Shown in pieces: positions 47,348 to 57,967 of a stretch of DNA of 64,000 bases. Numbering within the stretch: the first letter of the stretch is position 1; every line of letters starts with the position of its first letter. The position numbers and the translations under genes are program-made. The DNA is from Anthoceros angustus (taxonomy: Eukaryota; Plantae; Anthocerotophyta). The DNA is taken from positions 743,884-807,883 of the forward strand of contig MU008180.1 of the NCBI GenBank assembly GCA_010909165.1, given 5' to 3'. The notes beneath the pieces are model-generated. The model was not told the DNA's origin. It worked only from the letters and a program-made list of their open reading frames with translations, and made no database searches.

Positions 47348-48570
47348 GCAACCTGCATAATGGCTACTATTCACTGATATCTGATAATTCACCAGTGGAT
47401 GATGACAGGGAATAGGATATCCTTTTTCACAAGTGGATCGTTTTTCACTTGAGATCCCTACAACAGGCGACTCTTCACTAACAAATGATAATTATGCCGT
47501 TGATATTGATGACTTGAGATGACATAATCAAGATTGGTACAAGAATCAAAAGACCCAGAGACTTATTCACTAGATGAAATCAAAAGGTCTAGAGACTGCA
47601 AACGCAACGCAAGAAAAATACACTTGGAAAAAATATCCTCTATTGTAAAATATTAACGCTATGTTATAAAATATCTAAATTCACTTAAAAATAGTACATA
47701 AACGGCTAAAATCCTTTGTAAAACAAGTCATAACCAAAAAGCCATATGTCTTTAGTTGCGATTGTTTGTAAAATGACCCCTCCCTTCATTAGGTATGGTC
47801 CACAAGGAGGATAAAATCGTTTGTGTTGAAACATGATAATTTTTGAAGGGGGGGATTATAGTAACCCCTTTCGATCGAAACAGCACCCCCTTGTCACATT
47901 TTACACCCTTCCTGCGATAGCATATCTGCCATGCTTTGATAATGGGCACACCCTTTCTGAGTCCATACCTTTGATAAAAGACGCACTTTCAATTCTACAC
48001 CCCAGAACTAGAGCACTGTAGGGCGCGGGCCCGTTTGCATTTTTGTAGAATGCACAGTGGGCTGCCGTTTGCATTTGTTTATTACAACTGAAAACATTTA
48101 CTTTTCAAATGGTAGAACACAATAAAAATCATGCCTGTACTTGCGACAGTCTCATTTCAGTATTCGTGAAAACCTTGCAACAAACAACTGCTAAAGGAGG
48201 AAGTGGTCATCAGCATTAACAATAGTCATTCAAGAGGGCGGTCTAGCGACTCGTCCATGCCTTGCACCGATACTGAGTCAAGGACCACGGCCAAATTCCG
48301 AAGGTGGTCCATATCCTCCGCATCAAAGCTGACCGACGCCCATGGGCAGGGTGCGCTAGGAGAGGGTGCCAGCCGGCCAGCGCCCATGGCGGGCGTCTTT
48401 GGGGAGGGCTTCGGCCGGGCGCATGCGCAGGCGTCGGGGAGGGCGCTGGCGTAGCGTCGGGGAGGGCGCCAACCGCCAGAGCCCATGGGCGGGCGTCTTG
48501 GGAGGCGCCGTCCGGCCGCGCCCATGGGCGGGCGTCTTGGGAGAGGGCGCCACGGCCGGTGCCCTCCCTG

Positions 48571-48660
48571 TTTCACCGCATGAGTCGGCGGGTGGTGCTA
48601 AGGGAGGCCGGCCCGGCCGGTGCCCTCCCTTAGCACCACCCTACGGTGCATGCGGGTAAA
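48571..48660. repeat. Inverted repeat / hairpin after a cluster of GC-rich short direct repeats (48340-48570)
   Basis: GGTGGTGCTAAGGGAGG (48591-48607) is the exact reverse complement of CCTCCCTTAGCACCACC (48624-48640). An imperfect outer stem TTTCACCGCATG/CATGCGGGTAAA flanks it. Confidence 0.85.
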
Positions 48661-49000
48661 GTCCACACAACTTTGTGTAACACTCTCATTACAAATTTGT
48701 GTATCACTCTCTACAAAGAACACGATCATTCAGGTATGCTGAAAGATGGACTATCAAAAAAAAATAGTTGAAAACCCTTCGACATGACAATGGACCTGGT
48801 GAATTTACGTCCAAGAAATTTTAGGGCTATAAAAAATTTGCAGATGAAGGAATTGGTGTACTAGAATCTTCACACCATAGCATGAATGTTCCTTAAGAAT
48901 AAGATTGTGTACTCCTGAATCTGAAAACTGAATCTGAAAACTGCACTTGGGCATCAGTGAGAGATACCCAGAGTGCTCCCGCCCGATGGTCGTGGGGATG

Positions 49001-52000
49001 TGTGGACTACGGACTTCCCTTGGGGGTTAAGAAATAAGTAGGTTTTTGTTTTTTTGTAGGAGCGGAGGATAAAATAAGGCGGAAAAGGGAGGAATAAGCA
49101 CGGATAGCACTCGGTGCACTCGGAGTATACCCTGACGGAGTGGCAACGACCGACCTACTATGGCGGCGCCGGACTACGTCGGGGAGTAGCAGGATAAGTC
49201 CGGACTCACCTGTGTCCAAGGTGATAAGCACGGAAAGTAACTTAGAAGTGAGCCGTGAGGACTGACTCAGGCGGCGCCACGTGGACGGCCCCGAGTGGAG
49301 GTCGGCATGCACCGCCAGACCGGGCCGCGAGGCAGTATTCACGCCCGCGGCGCAGCGGCGTAAAACCGATCTGTGGCGTAAGGCGAGTAAGCGGGCGTAA
49401 GGTCGAAATAAGCCATGCAGACCTCGCGATTCTGGCGAGGAAGGCGCCTTCCGCCCAGTTACTCCGGCGGCGAAGGAAGGTCATTTCATTGTACCGAGAC
49501 ACTCAGCCTCTGCGCCCGCAACCCGGGCGCGCTTATCTCTTTGAGCGCCCGCACCTTCGAGCGTAGTTCACGCCGGGGTTGGAGAAGCGAACGGCGAGGA
49601 GGGCGATCGTGCCGCTGAACTCCGGGCCACAAGCTCAAGGGAGACGAAGGCGGCACCCAAAAAGCTCATGGAAGTTTGGGAGCCATGGAACCTCGTGGAG
49701 CGCAACATTGTGACCCGCGCTATCCGGACTTTGGGCCCCGGGCCGGAGGAAGCGGAGAATTAGTGGAGGAGTGGCACTGGATGCGTTCCAGACGGTCCGA
49801 CGCTCGACAACGCTACTCGTCCGGAGTTCGCCCAAGATGTTGGCGGCGGTCAACAAGGAGGTGCGGTCCAAGAACCTCCGGAGGACCCAAGGCGATGGAC
49901 CTTGAGGTCCCGAGGGCGCCTACAACCGCCCAAAGGAGGAAGAAGGGGAGTGGTGCCGAGCCCCTCAAGGCGGGGAAGATAGGGCCGCAACAGCGATGCC
50001 GAGGCTCGACGCAGGACCACCAACGGATGGTTGATATCCGACCGGATCCGAGTAAGGGCGGTAGCCCGATCATTGTCCATTGAACTCGCCACCAAGGTGG
50101 ATCACCTTGGTGATAACTGCTGGTATTCCGCATGCGCCGGGGAAGAGGGCGGATCGGGAAGGATTATCTTCGCCGGTTTAGTCGAGGCCCGCAAGCTCGT
50201 GACCGAGAAGCCTCGCCATGGGCATCCCCATACCGATCCATGTATGGGGACATTTCGAGCCTCAAGGAGGGAGAGCTTGAGCGGCGCCCGGAAAGGACTG
50301 AGGCCCGCAAGTGGAGCGGCAAGGGCGCCCGAGGTGGAGGCCGACCAAGGCCAAACGGACCGGAGGAGGACGACTGAGGGAATTCCTGACTCCATACGTC
50401 TGAACGGACCCCTCACCACCTGTGGAAGTATGGGAGAAATCCCTTCCCTCCTCACAGTGCCCAGTAGGGCGGCCGATCCGGCGAGGCGGCCGCCAATAGC
50501 CCCGCCACCACCACAACCACACCAGGAGCCCCGACTGTGAGGGAACCAAGAGACGCAAGATGGTTTACCAACGCCACCTCGACGGTGCCAAGACTTACCC
50601 CGCCTACCTGAGTGGCAAGAAGCGGAGGAAGTGTAAGGAGGCGAAGGGACGCCGCCTGTGAGCAGGAGGACACCGCGCAGCCTGCACTCCGGGTCCTGCC
50701 GGCTGTGAAGGGCAAAAGGGCTTGCTCCGGACCCCTCACCTCCTCCGAGCCCTGTGAGAAAAAGGGCGAGAAGGAGCTCGCGCCAAAAGGGCCAAGGAGG
50801 GTGAAGCTCCGAGTCAAGACTCGTGACCTAAGGGTCCCGATTAGGTCCGAGAACCCACCGACTCCCTGACAATGGTATGGAGGTCCTTGGCGGACCGTGA
50901 AATGCCGCCCCACTACGGACTTTGTGGGAGCCTCACGTGTGGAAGAAACACGGCGGGTCACAGCTACCGTCATGGACGGTATGCTTTGGGGTCTCTGGGA
51001 TGGCCGAGAAGACCTGTGGAGGTAGAAGCCACCCGAGGCGCATGGTACTCCTCCAGTGAGCAGCTTGAGGGGCCCAGGAGGCAGAAGGAAGGCCAAGCCT
51101 CGGCCGATTGAGGAAGGGAAACGCCGGAGGCCGAGAGGGAAGTCCGTCCATCCGCAAGGACCGGACTAAATTCCTTCACCGGAGGAGGAGGCGGTAAGGA
51201 GGCCAAGCGGGCCGAGGACCTCGCAGTGAGGGGTAGCGCAGCAGAGGCGAAGAGGCCGGGCGCAAGCGGGCGGGCTCGGGACTGGCGGAGGCGGCCCGCT
51301 CAATAGCCCCGCCACGGCCACAACCACGGAGCCCCGGACCGGAGGCGAAGAGGCAAAGGCGGCGTCTGCCTCGGGCGGTGCAGTACTTACACCTTGCAGG
51401 TGTGAAGCGGAGGCGGTAAGGAGGCGAGAAAGGGGCCGAGGCGAGGAGGACAGCGGCCGCGGGCCACATCGCCGCAGGAAGGGCAAAAGGCTTGCTCCGG
51501 ACCCCTCACCTCAGGCCCAGGAGAAAAAGGCGGAGAAGGAGCTCGCCAAAAGGGCCAAGGAGGGTGAAGCTCGGGGCTCGGCCTCTAAGGGTCTGATTAG
51601 GTCCGAGAACCAGTCATTACTCGGACGGTATGGAGGTCCTGGCGGACGTGAAAACTCACTCGGACTTTGTGGGAGCCTCGGCCGTGGAAGAAACACGGCG
51701 GGTCACAGCTACCGTCATGGGCGGTATGCTTTAGGTCTCTGGGATGGCGAAGACCCGGAGGTAGAAGCCACCGGGCGCATGGTACTCCTCCGGGAGGCGG
51801 TTGGAGGGCCGGAGGCGAAGGAAGAAGCTCTCGGCGGATTGAGGAAGGAAGCCGGGAGGCGAGGAGGAATCTGGTCCATCCATGAGGACGGACTAAATTC
51901 CTTCAGTGGAGGAGGCGGTGAGGCAGGCGGAGGCGGTGAGGACCTCTGTGCGGAGGGTAGTGGCGGAGGCGGCGGCGAGGCGGGCGGGCTCGGGACTGGC

Positions 52001-55000
52001 GGAGGCGGCAGGCTAGACGAGCCTGGAGGCTCGGTGAAGGTGGCCAGGAGGCGGAAGCCACGGCAGCCGCGATCACTATCGCGTGATCGAACCGTGGAGG
52101 GAGGCTTGAGCGCTCGGGAAAGGGCTGGAGGCCTACTTGAAGTGGAGGCGGGCAAGGCGCAGGGGTGGGGGAGGCCGAGGCCAAGCGGACCGGGAGGAGG
52201 CGGGAGGATTCCGGACTCCATCGTGCAGAGCGGACCCCTCACCACCCGAAGTATGGGAAGCTTCCCTCCTCACAGTGCCCAGCGGCGGCGGCGAGGCGGG
52301 CCCAATAGCCACCGCCACAACCACAGCGGGCCCGCGGACGAGGAGGCGGAGGCGAAGGCAGGCGGCGTCTGGCACCTCGGGCGGTGCAGTACCCCCACCA
52401 GGGTAACAAGCGGAGGCGGTAAGGAGGCGAAGGCCGCCGAGGCGGGAGGACAGCGGCAGCCGCACCCGGCAGTCTGTCGCCCGGCGGAAGGGCAAAAGGC
52501 TTGCTCCGGACCCCTCACCTCCGAGCCCAGGAGAAAAAGGGCGGAGAAGGAGCTCGCGGCCAAAAGGGCCAAGGAGGGTGAAGCTCGGAGCTCAGCACTC
52601 AGGACCTAAGGGTCCTGATTAGGTCCGGAGAACCCAGTCCGGACTTACTCGGACAGCGGTATGGAGGTCCTTGGCGGACCGTGAAATGCCGGCTCCCGCT
52701 ACGGACTTTGTGGGAGCCTCACCAGCGGCGGCCGTGGAAGAAACACGGGTCCTAGCTACCGTCATGGACGGTATGCTTTAGGTCTCTGGGATGGCGAAGA
52801 CCCGGAGGTAGAAGCCACCGGGCGCATGGTACTCCTCCGGGAGGCGGTTGGAGGGCCGGAGGCGAAGGAAGCTCTCGGCGGATTGAGAAGGAAGCGGAGG
52901 CGAGGAGGAAATCTGGTCCATCCAGGGGCCGGACTAAATTCCTTCAGTGGAGGCGGTGAGGCAGGCTAAGGAGGCCGAGGCGGAGGACCTCTGCGAGGCG
53001 AGGGGGAGGCCCGAGGCGGAAGAGGCCGGGCGCAAGCGGGCGGGCTGGAGGCGGCAGACTAGAGCCAAGGCGGAGGCTCGGTGAAGGTGGCCAAGGCGGA
53101 AGCCACAGCGCGATCACTATCGGCGTGATCGGGCCGGTGGAGGAGGCGGGGAGTAGCCAGCCAATCGAAGGCGGCGGTGGCGGGAGCAAGCAGACGAGCC
53201 GTGCGAAACTGGAGGCCAAGACCCGGAAATCGGGACCTCGGCGCACTGCAGGAGGTAGAAGGGGAGGCGGCCGGGTAGCCACGGCCAATCAAGGCCGGTG
53301 CGGCAATGAGCAAGCACGACGAGCCGTGTAAACACGAGGCCAAGACCCGGAAATCGGGGACCCTGTGGCGCAGGGCAGGAGGTAGAAGGGAGGCGTGGAG
53401 CCGGGAGGACAAGAAGGACACCTTGGAGTTACAACCCAAGACGCTGGAGAGAAGCAAGGGGTTCTCAACGAGAATCCAAGACTTCGAGGAGATAGAGCGC
53501 CCACCGCCTCAAGATGGAGCAGGAGGTGGCGGAGCAAGCGCGACCACCAGCCTGTGAAGTTCGCGACAAGGAGATGGAGGATCTCCTGACTCACCCGTGA
53601 GGTGGAGCAAGCGTGGAGATGGAAGACCGCAAGGAGACTTTGAGTCGCAGCCCAAACTACCATTGAGAGGAATGGTAGTCTCAGGACATGGTCGCGAACG
53701 CGAACGGAAATAGAGCGCCCCTGCTGGCGATGGAGCAGGGAGGCGGCGGAGATGGAGCAGGAGGCGGGGAGGCCGAGAGGAGATGGAGAAGGGCACAGGC
53801 GAAGCCCGCAGCCGCAGAGTTGCCCGACCGAGGAGATGGCGGAGTTAAGCCCGAATGGAAAGAGAGGCGAGAGCACCGGAAGGCATAAGAAGCCGCGGTC
53901 CAGAGGAAGGGGAAGGGGAACGCCGCGCTATGGCCGGTCGGCGAGCAAGAAGGAGTTGGAGGTGGAGCAACAAATGAGCCATGGAGGTGACCGAGGCACT
54001 GCACTGCAGAAGCAGCCCGGCCCGCCTATCAAACTCGGGAGGTGGTCCAACAAGCGGCAAAGACGCCTCCCGAGCACCTATGGCGAAGGGAGTATCGGTG
54101 CCCGCACACGTGGAAGAGGCAATCCAACAAGTGGATTCGGACTTTGCCTATTACCACGCCCGAGCCCCGGCTGAGGCCTCTCACGAAATACGGACCGGAA
54201 GGCCTGAGGGGAAGAAGGGCATGGGACAAAGACAGGGACTCTAGGGGCCCTGCTTGGAGACGACGGCAATGGGGAGAAGAGCCTCAAGAGGAGCGAGACG
54301 CAACGGACCCTGTGGTAAGTTCACCGCAACCCGCCTGGAGAAGGGAGGTGACGGCCAAAAGGGGCGCAGGAGGAGCCAACCCACCCAAGACAAGGGCCTG
54401 GGTAGGGAGGAGGACCTAGCAAGACGAGGTCCATGATAAGGGGTCCGGAGCTTGGGGCCGGACCCGGTAATAAGTTCGGACCACGAGGTCCGAACCTCAG
54501 ACGAGGCCGGACCCGGCCGGACTCGAAATAAGCCGACCGGAGTTCAGACCGGAGTCGAGACCGACCTCGAGGTCCGGACTTGCAAGAAGGAGGAGCCCCT
54601 TCGACTTACGCTAGGGGAGCAGATAGCGGTGGCCCCACCGAGGGGACCCACGGGAGGCTGTGGAGGATGACGTGGTAACGGCCGCCGATCGCCGCCGCAG
54701 AGCCAACCCGGCTGTGATTCCGGAGAGGAGGGGTCTACCGCGATCACTATCGCGTGATCGAACCGGTGGAGGGAGGCGGCCGGGTAGCCACGGCCAATCA
54801 AGGCCGAGCAGCAAGAGAGCAAGCACGAGCCGTGCGTAAACACTGAGGCCAGACCCGGAAATCGGGACCCTGTGGCGCAGCAGGAGGTAGAAGGGAGGCG
54901 GAGAGGACAAGAAGGACACCTTGGAGTTACAACCCAAGACGCTGCTGAGCAGCAAGGGGTTCTCAGAGAATCCAAGACTTCGAGGAGATAGAGCGCCCAG

Positions 55001-56938
55001 CCTCCTCAAGATGGAGCAGAGGTGGCGAGCAAGCGCGACCACCAGCCTGTGAAGTTCGCGACAAGGAGATGGAGGATCTCCTGACTCACCGGAGGTGGAG
55101 CAGCAGGAGATGGAAGACCGCAAGGAGACTTGAGTAGCCTTCAAACTACCATTGAGAGGAATGGTAGTCTCAGGATATGGTCGCGAACGCGAACGGAAAT
55201 AGAGCGGCCAGCCTGGCGGACGGAGGCGGCGGAGATGGAGCAGGAGGTGACGCCGCCGATGGAGAAGGGCCCGGGCGAAGCCCGCACCGCAGAGTTGCCC
55301 GACCGTCGAGAGGAGATGGAGCAACAATGGACAGAGGCGAGAGCACCGGAAGGCATAAGAAGCCCGGGTCCAGCTTGAGGAAGGAAGGGGAACGCTATGG
55401 CCGGGCAAGCCGCAGCCGGAGGGACTCGGGAGGCGGGGAGGTGGAGCAGGAGGCGGTGGAGCAACAATGGAGGTGACCGAGGCCTGTACCTGAAGCAGCC
55501 CAGCCTATCAAACCCGGCGGGGAGGTGGTCCAAGCCGGCAAAGACGCTCCCGAGCACCTATGGCGGCGGGGAGTATCGGTGCCCGCACACGTGGAAGAGG
55601 CAATCCAAGTGGATTCGGACTTTGCCTATTACCACGCCTGGAGAGAGGCCTCACCACCGAGAAATAGACGGACCGGAAGGCCTGAGGGGAAGAAGGGCAT
55701 GGGACAAAGACAGGGACCCCTGCTTGGAGACGACGGCAATGGGGAGAAGAGCCTCAAGAGGAGCGAGACGCAACGGACCCTGTGGTAAGTTCACCGCAAC
55801 CCGCCTGGAGAAGGGAGGACGGGCCGAAAGGGGCGCAGGAGCCAACCCACCCAAGACAAGGGTCGGGGTAGGGAGGAGGACCCAGCAAGACGAGGTCCAT
55901 GATAAGGGGTCCGGAGCTTGGGGACCGGACTGAATAAGTTCGACCGAGGTCCGAACCTCAGACGAGGCCGGACCACGACCGTGAAATAAGCCGACCGGAG
56001 TTCAGACCGGAGTCGACCGACCTCGAGGTCCGACTTGCAAGAAGGAGGAGCCCCTTCGACTTAGGGGAGCAGATAGGTGGCCCCACCGGAGGGGACCCAC
56101 GGGAGGCTGTGGAGGATGACGGTAACGGCGCCGACCGCCGAGCCAACCCGGCTGTGATTCCGGAGAGGAGGGTCCGCCTCGCGGATCATCCGATTGGGTG
56201 CGCCGCAATCGCCGTGACGGAGATTGGACCACCAATCCCAAGGCGGAACCGGGACCTTCCAGCGAAGGAGATAGGGGAAATAGGATGGTAGGCGGCCGAT
56301 TAGGTATACCGAAATGCCATCACCGTAATAGGGGTGTAATAAAGACGCCGACGTAGTATAAGAGGGTCCGCCTCAATAAATCATCTTTTCTTGGTGTTGA
56401 TGCGTTCTTGCAGACCTTTGTGTGTCTTCTTGCTAACGTGAGTCCCGAGTCACCGAAAGGTGCACGATACCCGGAGATTGATCGTGGTCCCGTGACGGAC
56501 CTAACGTGTTGTGGTGTGTGCAGGAGGTGACTGGGACCCGTGCTCGTCGAGCCGCGCCCACCGGACCGGAACGTGGAGCCGGAGGGACTCGGGAGGCGTC
56601 TGAGCCGGACGGAGAGGCCCGAGAACGACGGAGGAGGTCGGGGCATGTAACCAGCGTCTTTCCTAAGGCGATAAGTGTAGTGTGAGTGGAGAGAGGAACG
56701 GACGAGAGGTGTGAGTGGAGAGGAGCGAGACGCAACGGTCCTTAAACGTTTGGCCATACCGGCCTGCGGTGATTGTTGCAGTAGTTAGGCGTGGGCGGTG
56801 AATGTGTGCGTTGGAACTAAAGTAAGACGAGAATCGCTCGAACGCCGCAACGGAGTCATTCCCTTGGGAACGGACTCCTTCCTACAACGACATGGGATTG
56901 TGCGCGCCCGGCTGGCCGTCAGCGAAAGTCGCGCCACA
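49001..56938. mobile_element. 7.9-kb GC-rich insertion with TGTGG...CCACA termini and a 5-bp TSD (GGATG); solo-LTR-like or non-autonomous LTR-derived element
   Basis: GGATG at 48996-49000 and 56939-56943 flanks inverted TGTGG/CCACA ends, and the composition shift coincides roughly with these ends. No gag CCHC, protease, RT or integrase motif was seen. Confidence 0.75.
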
Positions 56939-57243
56939 GGATGACACTGATGTGATCCCCCGATTTCTCACTTTGATCTCATAGATCTTGGCACCCTGGC
57001 TCTTGGCTATTGAGGAGATTGCGAGCCCTTGCATGTGGGGCAAATATCAACATGCGTAGAATTAATACAACATGATGTTCCATTGCCATATGTGTACGAC
57101 CTACAACAACCTCCCAGCGGCAGATGCACTAAATCAGGTTGACGATATTCTTCTTGTCAACGGCGAGCTCCGGATTATTATCGTGCTCTTGATTTTTGTG
57201 CTACATCCTCCAAAGGTGCTAGCTACAACCTCTCTTAACCCCA

Positions 57244-57670
57244 TAGAGCCAAGACGTTTGAAGACGCGTTGACCAGCCACAGTCATAAAGAGTGGGACAA
57301 CATGAATATTTGATGAAGAATGGCACATGAGAGCTTGCATAATTACCTTTCTGGAGAAAGATAATGTATTGTAAACAGGTCTTCAAATTAAAGATGAAGG
57401 CTGATGCAACCTTCGACAAGTACAAGACGAGATTGGTCACGAGAGGCTTTTCTCAAGCGCCTGGACTTGATTACCGTGATTGCTTCGCTCCAAATGTGAA
57501 ATTGGCCACTTTGCACACTAAATTGGCTGCATCAGGATATTGTGATTATGAACTGGGAATGTTTGAGTGAAGATAACTACACTTCATAGCAAGCTTGACA
57601 GCGAGATATTCATGCAGCAGCGTCTAGGATGTGAGGTGGAAGGCCAAGAAAAATATCTCCAAGCATATAC
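57244..57670 (+). mobile_element. Ty1/Copia reverse transcriptase remnant
   Basis: Broken frames read (E)PKTFEDALTS..KEW and CKQVFKLKMKADATFDKYKTRLVTRGFSQAPGLDYRDCFAPNVKLAT, the RVT_2 N-terminal motif. Stops and frameshifts are present. Confidence 0.85.
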
Positions 57671-57967
57671 ATGGTTCTGTACGAGTCGGGAACATATCTA
57701 TGCAAAATGAACCAATCGTAAAATCCGGCAACTAAATCGTGAAATAGACAAATTGCCCCTTGTCAATCGAGCAATCTATTTTTAAAACTAAAATATGTTA
57801 TTATCTTTTCTTAGTAGAATTATTAGACAATGCTTGGTTGATGAGCATGGACTCTTGAATTGTGTTGCATTTTTCATACTTATGTTGTCTTTGAAATTAT
57901 AGTACAGTTAAAAAGGTATTGTTCAGTAATGCTGGACCAATTCGGCTTTCAATTAAGGTACATATGA

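Noticed and set aside
49242-56757. Many overlapping Arg/Gly/Pro-rich ORFs in the insertion
   Set aside because: They are expected in GC-rich repetitive DNA, none carries gag, protease, RT, RNase H, integrase or transposase motifs, and they are not called as genes.
56335-56938. TGTAATAAAG after a purine tract as the start of a separate 3' LTR
   Set aside because: There is no matching 5' LTR in the window, and the TSD fits only the 49001-56938 boundaries.
57072-57272. VDDILL resembling the RT YxDD motif
   Set aside because: It lacks the Tyr and lies upstream of the RT N-terminal motifs, which is the wrong order for Copia pol; probably chance.
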